Assembly (NCBI GenBank): GCA_017471125.1
Contig: JAFUWR010000220.1
Span: 1-35,234 of the forward strand
Length of the DNA stretch: 35,234 nt
Direction of reading: 5' to 3'
DNA from: Clostridia bacterium
GTDB lineage: Bacteria > Bacillota > Clostridia > Christensenellales > Aristaeellaceae
The position numbers and the translations under genes are program-made. This document shows positions 22,201 to 34,200 of the stretch, in pieces (the stretch's first letter is position 1; each line of letters opens with the position of its first letter). Below the pieces are notes generated by a model that saw only the letters and a program-made list of their open reading frames with translations, was not told the DNA's origin and did no database searches.

Positions 22201-25200
22201 CCTTCGACATGGAAGGAAAGCTCGAGTATGTCGGTGTCGATAAGCTCGACCCCGGAACGGAGACCAAAAAGACGGTAGACGGCAAGGAATACCTGTGTGT
22301 GCCGTGGACCATCAAATACAATGATGAGCCCATCGTGTCCGTAAAGGGCGCGACGCTCACCGATACCCTCGCCTCGGACGCCATAAACGCCTCGATGTAT
22401 GATACCTCTGACGGCGCATTCGTTGTGAAGGTCTACGACGTAAATGGCGGCGATACGCCGATCAAAGTGCTCTATCCCGAATGGGGAGACGGCGCAGGCC
22501 AGGTCCACAAGACAGACTACGACTATACCCTCGGCTCGAACGACAACGTCAAGGTCGCCGGCTCGAAGTGGGAGTGGACGATCCCGGACGAAGCGGATTA
22601 TGGCGGCACCGGCCCCTATTCCTATGTGATCACCTACAACACCCTCATCAACGAGAATTTGTACGGGAAATTCGACTTCAAGAATACGGTGGAGGAGAGC
22701 AAGACCCACAATGCCGACGCGGCGACCTATACCTATCAGTCAAATGAGCAGCATACCCATCTGACGGTGGAAAAGAAGGCCCTGGAGGTGACCCAAAAGT
22801 ACATCAAGTGGCAGGTCAAGATCCCGCGCCAGGAGGTCCCGCTCAGAAACGCTTACCTGACCGATATCCATCCCAATGAGAGCGGCTATTACGAGTGGAT
22901 CGTGACGGACGCGAACGAAGCGAGATCGCTGGGCATCACAGACACCAATAAGCTCATCGACACGACCGGCCTGATCACCGCGGAAGAAGGTCATCCAGGG
23001 CATGAGGAGATGTCGACCTCCTATACGAGCAAATCCCGCACGATGTTCCACTTCTACTATTATACGGGAGATGTTGACGCAAGTGGCCAGCCCGTCGTGG
23101 TGGATTGCCTGCAGGCCAGGGGCGTGGGCAACGGCAAGGAGAATATCGTCATCACCTATTATACGAAGGTCGACGACAATTGGCTGAGAAGGACCATGAG
23201 CGAGGGCCTGAACCAGGACCACGTGAACAAGGTGCAGCTCCAGGCCAACAACCAGTATGCTGAGAGCTCCGACAAGGCGGTGCCCAGGACCCCCGATTTC
23301 AAGAAGATCGCGGAGAAGCAGCCCGTGGGCACCGCGGTCGTGGACGGCGTCCCCATGGACAAGCTGAAATTCACGCTGATCCTCAAGGGCATCGACGACA
23401 AGAAGGGCGACGGGAAGCCGGTAAACGACGTCCTCTATTCGGCAAACAACTGGTTTGACGAGAGCGACAATCTGGTCATCGAGGACGTGTTCGACGCCAG
23501 CCTCAAGATGCTCGGATTGGACGATGGCAGCGATAAGCTGATACTATATCAGGACATCCCCGCTGCCAAGGAGGGCGAGACGCAGAAGACCATCGAAGCG
23601 ACGTGGAAGCAAGAGGACATCACGGTGGAGGGAAAGGCCAAAAAGAAGGTCACCATCACCATCCCGAAGGAAAAATTCGGCGGAACGTACGGCCTGGTGT
23701 ACAGCCTGCCCTATTACATGACCTACGCTTCGCTGCAAGCTGCGCAAAGCCTGTCGCAAGAAAAGATGACAGGTGAAGGTAAGACCCGGTATACGACCTT
23801 CGGCAATTCGGCGAAGGTCAAGGGTATCGAAACGCTGTCGGATGGTCCCATCAACGTGACGGTGGACCTCAAGCCCATCGACAAGACCGCCGTGAAGAAG
23901 GACAACGGCAAATGGAAGTATTCCATCGTCATCAACCCCGTGGGCGCGACGCTGAACGGCGGCAACGACTATCGCCTGACCGACAGCTACGAAAACCTGG
24001 CGGTGGATTACCTGACCATGAAGATCTACGAGGTGGATTATTCTAAGAACGAAGAAAACCAAAAAGTAGACGTCACCAAAGACATCCTCTGGTCCTACCA
24101 CGGCAACGAGGGCATCTTCTGGCTGCACGACAGCAAACCTTACATCATCGAATACGAGACGTGGCCGGTGGGCAAGCTGGGCACCAGCTTTGTCATGACC
24201 AACACCGCCGAGATGCTGGGCTTCGACGATACCGTCGAGCAGGAGGTGGAGCTGTCCTCCGAGCACAGCGGCACCATCCGCAGCTACAAGCTCAAGCTCC
24301 TCAAGCACGCCGACGACGCCATGGGCCGCGGCATCGAGAACGTCGTGTTCCAGCTTTTCATGCTCAACGACGCGGGCGAGCGCGTACCGGTCACGTATGA
24401 CGCAGACTATGATAAGAACGGCGCCGGACTGAGGTGGACGAGAACCCCGCGTGAAGAAGATAACTTGACGCAGACCGAGTTTGCCTCCCCTGACAGCCAC
24501 AACATCGGCGACAAATATTACATCACGACCGACGAGAACGGCGAAGCCACGATCTTCCTCAACATGAAGCGGGACGGCGTGGCGCTGGAGCCCGGCCGGC
24601 AGTACTACCTCAAGGAGGTCTGGTGGCCCGAGGGCTATGACATCGAGGACATCTACTGGAGCTTCGTCATCAGCGATATGGACGACTTCACCAGCTATGT
24701 CTACCGCAACGGCGGCGTGCTGAAGGTCTCCAACGATACCGCCGGCGGCGCGCTGATCCTGCGCAAGGAATTTGGCGGCGTGGATGTGCCCTATTCCCTC
24801 AAGAGCGGCATACAGTTCCGGATCGACGGCTATAAGCCTTCTGATGTGGCTGGTGAGCCGGATCAGGTGGTCTTTACGCGCTATGCCTCCTATTCCGAAT
24901 TCAAGAAGTATACGCCTACTGCGGCTGAAGGTGGCACGCCCTACTATCGCTATCGCCTGCCCTGGAACGATTCGGAATTGAAGGCGCTGAGCGCTCAGGG
25001 CAAGACTGTCACCTACTTCAAGGTGACCGAGCTGTCGGATACCGCCGATATGCCCACCTTCTCTCTGGCGACCACCATCACGGGTGATACGGGCGTTGAG
25101 GTTATCTACGAGAGCGAGAAGCCCGTAGCGGCAAAGGTCACGATGCCGGATGATGAGAATAAGGATAGCAACATCACTACCCAGTTCACGAATACCTATA

Positions 25201-28200
25201 TCCCGAACCCGGAGAACATGCAACTGACCGTCTCCAAGGATTGGGGCGAGCTGGCGAAGAAAAAGACGGATAAGGCGGTCAAGTTCGCGCTGTACAAGAA
25301 TGGGGAGAGGTTTACTCTGACCGCTGCCAATGGCACAAATATTGACAACGGCTGCATCCTGCTGAACGACGCGAATGAATGTAAGGCCACCGTGACCGGC
25401 CTGCCCCGCTTCGACGAAAATAACAAGGAGATCGTCTGGACCATCGCGGAGGTCTGGGCGCAGTATACGAACAGCGACGACACCGAGACCGTGGACGGCG
25501 AGGCGATCGTGGCGGAGCACTTCACCACCACCGCCGTGAACGTCTCCACCAAGGGCGGTGAACCTGTCAAGGACAGCAACAATAAGGAGATCCAGGCCGA
25601 CGCGACCCGCAAGGGCACGGCCTGGCTGGTCAGTCTGCCCGTGGACCGGCACGGTGCGGTGCAGGACACCAACCGCACCATGCGCTTCACCAATGAGCTG
25701 AACGAGCTGGTGGAGGTCGAGGTAAAGAAGGTATGGGCGAATAACGACACGCATACGGACTTCGATTCCATCACCTTCGACCTCTACCGCACCACCGATC
25801 CGCTGCCGGAGAACAAGAGCAAGCTCAGCGAGTTGGTGGGCCAGAAGAACACCCAGCTCGTGTATGCCGGCGTGGAGCTGAACGCTGGAAATGACTGGCA
25901 CTATGAGAACAAGCACCTGAAGGGCTATGACGAGGACCTGGCCACCCAGTACAACTACTTCGCCATCGAGCGTCCCGTGGCGGGCTACGAGACCGGCTAT
26001 GCCATCGCGCTCGGAGACGGCCAGCAGACCCTCACCATCACCAACACGAAGGTGAATGAAACCGGTACGTTGAAGGTCAAGAAGGAGGTCTTTGGCCTGA
26101 CCGCAGAGGAGTTGACCGACCGGCAATTCTCCTTCACCATCACCAACAACGGGAAGTATCTGAATACGGACGGCAGTTTGACAGCAAATAATCCCGGGCT
26201 TACCCTTAGCGCTACGGGCGAGGGTGCTGTGATAACCTTTGAAAACGTCGCCCCGGGCATCTATACCATCACCGAGAATGACGCCAAGGTAGAACCGTAC
26301 ACCTGGAAGGCCCACATCGTGGAGGTTGCCGGGGGCAGCACCAGCGAAGTCACCACCGAGGGCAGCACCGCGCAGATCACCGTCGTCAAGGAAGCTACGG
26401 ACACCGTCACCATCAACAACACCTACCAGAAGGGCGAGAAGGACTTCACCTTCGGCAAGCTGTGGATCGGCCCCGGCGACAACCGGGAGACCCTGGTGTG
26501 GCCCACCGGCCAGTCGATAGAGGTCACGGTGCAGCGGCGAAAGACCGATGGTACAGTAGATGGCGATTTCAACCTCGTCTACACCATCTCCCGCGGCGAA
26601 TCGGCGGATTCGGAGGTCACAACGAAGTTTGAGAGGGTCAAGTCTGGCACTCTCCCGTCCGACATGAGCCACGCGCCGGATCTGGAGATACTGGCCCCGG
26701 GCAACAACTACCAGTACCAGTTCAAGCTGTCCGGCCTGCCCAAGGAATATGAAACGGGTAAGGAATGGGAGTACTTCGTAACTGAGACCAACTGGGATAA
26801 GGATGAGTTTGACAAGCATTACGGCGTCGTGAACGGCAAGCTGGCATCCTTCAACGATGATAGCTTTTTCGACGCGCACCAATGGGAGGACCCCAAGAAC
26901 CCGGGTCGCACCATCACCGGCAGCATCGTCAACCAGCGCAAGAGCATCAAGGGCTCCGTGCCGGTGCAGAAGGTGATCCCGGGCCGCACCATGATCCAGC
27001 CCGGCGAGTTCTGGTTCAAGCTGACCTACAACACCTATCATATCGACGAGACGACGAAGGAAAGGAAAGCCACTACCCATGTGGCCTATGCCTGCACGGA
27101 CGGCACCTACACCGGCAAGGTGCTCTTTGAGGATGTCGAGCTCGATATGAGCGCCATGGAGCTGAAGATCGTCAAGGGCCGCGTGGCGCTGGTGGGCCAG
27201 GTGGAGTATACCATCGAGGAGGTCCAGCCGGGCACAGAAATCACGGTCAATGACAAAACGATCACCGTCGAGAAGGCCCTGGGCGTGACGTATTTCACCA
27301 AGAAGATCACCGTGACCGACAAGATGGTCGTGGACTGGGAGACCGGCGAGGCCACCCACGGCCTGACCTGCAACTGGCAGGGCGGCTCGGAGCTGGGCGT
27401 GGACGTGGTGACCGTCAAGAACACCTATAAGCCTGAGACGCGCCAGCTCGAGGTGAAAAAGCTCTGGGATGACAAGGACAACCAGGACGGCAAGCGCGGC
27501 AAGGTGACCTTCAAGGTCGATTGCTACACCAAGGTCAATGACAGGGAGTTCAAACGCTCCACCCAGCCCTTTGAGCTCGACCTGTCTCAAGGCGACGGCA
27601 CCGCCACCATCGACGTGCCCGCCTTCATCGAGAGCACCCCGGTGCAGCGCTATGTGGTGCGCGAGACCAACGTGCCCGAGGGCTATACGGACACCGTGTC
27701 CGCCTATACGATCAATATCGTCAAAGTCCAAAAGACCTCGACGGATGCGGCCGACACGGTTGACGTGGAGTATGGTTCTGACGGCCGTTCCACCACCTAT
27801 AAAATGGCGAACGATCTGGACAAGACGGAGGTCCTTAAGGCGTACAAGGAGGACGACATCAACAGCGCCACCGCCGTAAATGGGCACGATCCGGAGTTGA
27901 CCTCGGTCAGCGTCACCAAGGAATGGAAGGATAATAATGATACTTCCAAGCGCGGCGCTGTCACCATGCAGCTTACCGCGACTTACCAGGACGATAGTGG
28001 GGTTACCCAAAAGCTTGCGTTTGCGAACGATTTGGTTTGGACGGACGGCATCGCCAAGGCTTGGGCGGATTACTTCGTTTACGCCGGGGTGACCGGTTAT
28101 CAAACCTCGCTTATGCCCTGCAAATTGAACGGCAGCGTACTGTTCCATACCTGGGAGGACCTTCCCAAGTACGCTCCCGGCTGCGTGGGCAAGGAGGTCA

Positions 28201-31200
28201 CTTATAGCGTCGTGGAGAAGGCGGACACCATCCCCACAGGCTATCATGTGACCAAGAATGAGTCCCAAAAGACCACCGCCGAGGATGGCAGCGTCAGCAC
28301 CGCCGCCACCATCGAAAACACCTATGAGACCGTCGATCTGACGGCCAAGAAGGTGTGGGACGACGACGGGGACCGCGACGGTCTGCGCAAAGACGTTACA
28401 GAGGTCAAATTCACCCTGTCTGCGGAAGCTCCCAAGGGCAATGATATTACCACTGGTTTAGTCGATGACACGAAGGTCGCGTTGTCCAACGCCGATCTCG
28501 TCAAAACGGTGGACAACACCCATTCGACGAACGTGACCAACAATGGGTTTGTCAAGCAGGAGTGGACGAGCGGGAAAGCAGTCGATTGGGCGAACCTGCC
28601 GAAATACTGGCATGGCGAGGAGATCACCTATATCGTGACCGAAACTGTCCCGGAAAATCTGGCAGGCTATGCGATGGGCCAGCCCAGCACTTCCGGCGCG
28701 ACACGCGCCATCACCAACACCCATACGCCCTACGTCACCGAGCTGCAATTGAAAAAGGAATGGAAGGATAACGACAACCAGGACGACAAGCGCCCTGACC
28801 CTGTCGATTTTGTCAAGAATCATGTTGTCCTGACCGCGCAGCTTGCGGATGGCAATATAGAACTGAAAATCGGTCAGAAAAAGCAGGGCACTGCTTCCAC
28901 GTATCTGCTGGAAAATCCTCCCGCCGGGTTTGCGAACGTCGAGGTGGTCATTGAAGGCAGCAACGAGAAGGAGAAGGTGACACAGTATTACACGATCACC
29001 TGGAAGAACCTGCCGAAGAATCAGGATCATGGGACGCTGATCGACTATACCCTCAAAGAAGCTCCGGTGGTTAAGGATTACACCAGTAATGCTGGGACAG
29101 ATGGCGCGATCACCCTTACCAGTAGCACCGATGAGGCGACCCAGAAGCGGACCCTCACTGGCAGCGTGATGAATGAGTATACGCCCGATGTGATGACGCT
29201 GAAGGTCAAGAAGGTCTGGAACCACGGCAAGAGCACGGCGACGACCAAGCCAAATGAGGCGACTGTCACGCTGGTCGCGAAGACGGCAAACGGCACAAAG
29301 CTGAATTATACCTCCGAGGCTTGGACGAGCAAGCATTATTACATCGTAGGTACTCAAACGCTGACCGGAGATGGCGCAGAGTATTCCTGGACAGGCCTGC
29401 CGAAGTATGTGCCCGGCAGCGTCGGCGATGTGGTCTATTACAGCGTGGAGGAGGACTTGTATTCTCTCGACGCCGGATATATGGTGCAGTACAGCGCGGA
29501 TTCCATCAAGGCCACAGATGTTACGACGGCAGTTTCACCTGCAACCACCCCCGAGGCTGAGATCACCGTCACCAACAGCTATGTGGACACCAACATCACC
29601 GCGACAAAGACCTGGAAGGACGATGCCAACCGCGATGATCAGCGTAAGCCTGCGACATTGAAGCTTCAAAAGAAGTTCAAGGGCGCAGCCGACAGCACGT
29701 ATGCGGACGTGAATACCCGTTCCTTCCCCGTGACCAATGAATCTATTGCGACGTGGACGGGCCTGCCGGTATACGAGAACGGCAAGGAGCTGGTCTACCG
29801 CGTCGTCGAGGATATGACCAGCGTACCGGGATATGAGAATGCCAACGACAAAGTGGAAGCTGCCTACGCGACGGACGAGGATAAGCCGTCTGTCGGCAAG
29901 ACCGGCAACGCCACGTTGTCCATGACCAACACGTATATCCCCAAGACGGTGGACGCACCCTTCAACAAGAAGTGGGAGATGCACGGCTATCCGGAGCATC
30001 CTTCGGATGGCACCTTCACGGACGCGCTGCACCTGTGGGCGTCTTATACCGAGGGTTCAAACACCTATAACTACGATGTAGGCGCGACGACAGGCGAAAC
30101 GAACGCGCTGCCTGATGATCTCAAGACCGCTTGGGATAAAGCGGTTGCCGATTGGAAGGCGAACATCCGCTTTGCCGCCAAGAACGCCGATATCGCGGTC
30201 GCTACCAATCTCAAGGAATCCACTGACAACCTGGGCGATGAGTTCAAGGTGGTCGTGATCGACCTGCCCCAATACATGCCCGGGAAGGTGGGCAAGCAGG
30301 TCACCTATACCCTGACGGAGGATGCGATCACAGACTATACGACGGCTTATCCCGCCGACGCGACTTCGCTTGCTATAAATGAGACGCTGACCAACGAACA
30401 CATCACCAAGGACCTGACCGTCAGCAAATCCCTGGTGAGCGACCTGGCGGCGGATGCCGACAAGACGTTCACATTCACGGTCACAGCCAGCACAGCGCTC
30501 CGCACCGATGTGGAATATACCACCATCACCGGCGCGACGACCGCCATCGCAGCGATCACTGCGGAGCAGATCAAAACGATCGTTGAAGGTGGTAGCGTGG
30601 TTGGCTTCACCAAGGGAACGGTGAACTTCAACAATAGCAAGCAGACGACTGTTTCTCTAAAGAAGGATCAGGCTGTTCGCATCGTGGGCTTGCCCACCAA
30701 CGTCACCTACACCGTGAAGGAGACGGTGCCGGATAATTTCAACACCCCGAAGTATGCGGCAGACGGCGAAACGGCAGTCAGTGGCAACGAATATGCCTGC
30801 GCTTTCACCAGTACCGGCAGCGATCATGCCGTCGCGTTCACCAACACCCGCAAGACGAACAACCTGACCGTGAGCAAGACCGTCGACAGCGCGCTGAGCG
30901 GGACGGACGGCAACACCACAGACGACGACCAGCATCATGCGTTCCACTTCAAGGTGACGCTGTCCGGCCTGGAAACCACAGTCGAAAAATATACTTACAG
31001 CGGTGTGGAATTCACAAAGGTTGATGACGATTACGTGGGCTACGTGACAATAACGCATGACAATAGGGTACAAATCGAAGGTCTGCCCTACGAGGCCACC
31101 TATACGGTGGAAGAGGTGAGCGACTGGACGGGCGCGTCTGACGAGGAAAAGGCTGCCGAGGCAACCCTCCTTGCCAAGTTTGACGTGGACCCGACCAACG

Positions 31201-34200
31201 CAAGCGGCACGGTCGTCGCGACCGCTCCCACCGCCAGCTTCACCAACACCCGCAAGACCATCGATCTGACCGTCAAAAAGAAGATCGCCGAGGCGCACAA
31301 GATCGATGGCGACGATGATATTCCTTTCAACTTCGAGGTCACGCTGACCCCGCCGACGGGCTATGCGTTGGGTTATAACACCATACAGCAGCAGATCGGA
31401 AATGACACGACGAAGAGGCCCTTGTCCTTCACCGAGGGCAAGGCCACCGTGTCCGTCAAGGGCAGCACCCCCGTGACCATCACCGGCATTCCCGTGGATG
31501 TGACCTATACGGTCAAGGAAGTCGACTCCACGAATTCCGCCGACTTCATACTGTCCACAGAAACGCTCAGTGGCACGGCGGCGGCAGGCGACACCAGCCC
31601 CATCGTGAAGGAATTCACGAACGACCGCAGGACCGGCGACCTGGTGGTATCGAAAGCCGTGGACAGCCCGGTGGTGTCGGAGTATACGGATAAGTATTAT
31701 AAGATCGACATCGAGTTGAAGACGGTGCGCACGAATGTGGCTGTCAACGGCACTTATACCGTCTCTCCCGCCGTGCGCCTTGATGAGAATGGCACGGCGA
31801 CTGACAAAGTGACCTTCACCGACGGCAAGGCGTCGATCTGGCTCAAGCATGAGGACAAGGTCCGGATCGTGGACATCCCCACCGGGGTGAATTATACCGT
31901 GACGGAGATTGCGCCGACCAACTTCACCAATGCGTTTGCCGTCGATGGTGAGGACAGGGATCCCTCTGTTCAAAGCGTGGCGAGTAATGAAGATGCGAAC
32001 CGCGGGGTCACCGGCAGGATCTATGCCAACATCGTCGAAGACGAAAGAATCACCAAGGACAATGCCGGCAAGGCGAAGGTCACCAACACCCGCGTCCTGG
32101 GTCAGTTGACGGTCACCAAGAGCGTGGTCAGCTCCGTCCAGGGCGACAAGGAGCATGCGTTCAGCTTCAAGATCACCTTTGACGAAGCTCTTGACCCGAC
32201 GAAGATCACTGCGATCGAGGATAGAAATTGGGCGTTTGACGCAACCGACAAGAAGATCGCGACGTTCAAGTTGAAGGACACCGAGAGCATCACCATCGAA
32301 GGCTTGCCGCTGGGCATGGGCTACAAGGTGGAGGAGCTCTCCGAGGACACCGCGCCCTACCAGAGCGCAAACTTCACCACAGTGATCACCCCTGCGACCA
32401 GCGCCAAGACGACAGGCGTGACCGTGCCTACCGCCGAAAGCAAGGTGGCAGAGGCGAGCAGCGACACCTTCACAAACACCCGCAAGCCTTACAGCCTGAC
32501 CATCAACAAGACCCTGGAAAACGCGATCCTGGATGATGACGGCGATCCCTTCTACTTTGATGTGGTGCTTAAGGGCGAGGATGGCAAGGCATTGGTCATT
32601 GATCCCAAGCAGCCGATCAAAGTGGGCAATACGGAGGTAAGTACGCCCACAGAGACCCCGAGCGGCGATCACCCGCTGTATTATTCCCAGACAAGCGAAA
32701 CAGAGGGCATTATCCACAATGTGAAGGTCGAGTGGAAGCTCAACAGCAATGGAAGCATACCTACCGGCGTAGGCGGAACCACCGTGATCTCCGGCCTGCC
32801 CGTCGGCACGACCTACAAGGTTACCGAGCAGGCCCCGGCGAATGCCAACCTGATTTACAAATCGGGCAATATGGATACGGAGGCCGAGCTCGAATCCGAC
32901 GCGACGCAGCCCTTTGTCAACGAACGCAAGACGGATGCCGAGTTGACGATCAGGAAAGTCGTGCAGAACACGCCAGTTGATACAGAGCGCAGCGCGAAGT
33001 ACAACATACAGGTGTCTCTGCTCAATCCGCAGAAGAACTTGGCGGTGACGAACATTCAGGCGGAGCTTTGGCGGGTCGATCCCACGTCGCAGACCGGGGA
33101 GCTCAAGAAAGACAAAGATCTCACCTTCACCAATGGCGTCGAAACCATTGACATCGGCAACGATGAGACCGTGACCATCAAGGGCATCCCCACGAACGTG
33201 ACCTTTACAGTTACGGAGCCTGGCGAGGAGCATTTCAGCAAGAGCTATCAGGCATCCTCGACCGATGAAGAGGTATTCACAAATGCCACGACGGAGACAT
33301 CTACCGCGGCCAGCGGCACGATCCTGAAGCCTGGCACCGTAAACACGACGGTCACCAACACCCGCAAGCTGGGCAGCCTGACCATTGGCAAGACAGTCGA
33401 TTACTCCACTGTGGACGGAGAGGAGTACTTCTGGTTCAAGGTGGCGCTCACGGGCGGAACGATCGACGATGGCCTGTATACTTCTGTCGGGAAGACCACG
33501 ATACCGGCGAGCCCGAAGTATACAAAGGCCGATGGTGGCTTGATCTTCGACAGCAATATTGCGTATATCAAGCTGAAGCACGGCGAAACCATCACGGCTA
33601 ATGGTCTGCCTGAGGGTCATACCTATACCGTAACCGAGATCGTCTCAGAGGCGGATTTCAACACTATCCCCACGACGATCCGCGGGACAGATTCGACCTA
33701 TACGAACGATTACGCCTATGCGGCGAAGTTTGATCCCTCCTGGGTGAAGACTGTTGCGGGGGATAGCACCGCGACAAAGAACGGCACGACCAACATGTTC
33801 ACGGACAGCGGCACCTCGGCGGACAAGTTCGACAAGATCACCGTGGCGGCGTCCACCGTGCAGTTCACCAACAGCCGCAAGACCGGCAGCCTGACGCTGA
33901 CCAAGACCGTCAACAGCCCGTTCAATTCGGAAAAGGCGGACGACTACTACGCCTTAACGGTGGAGATGAGAGTCGGCGAAGTGCCGATCCGTGGGACCTA
34001 TGGTGTTTCTCCCGCGATCCCAGCGGTGACGGAGGGAACGCCAAGCACAACGACGGTCTCTACGGTGACCTTTGGCGAGGACGGCAAGGCGACCGTCTAC
34101 GTGAAGGGCACGGTGAAGGACGATAATAATGCGGTGACCATCTCCGGCCTGCCCATCGAAGCGGTCTGCACGGTGACCGAGACATTGAGCACGGCGCAAT

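Noticed and set aside
23544-28268. 1574-aa ORF antisense to the giant gene (also 30657..33620 at 987 aa, 19272..21182 at 636 aa, 21333..22709 at 458 aa, 28458..29357)
   Set aside because: Low-complexity composition rich in Gly/Val/Leu/Arg/His/Asp. There is no start context or SD. Each lies exactly opposite a sense frame with clear domain repeats and an LPXTG signal. I read them as stop-poor antisense frames created by codon bias.
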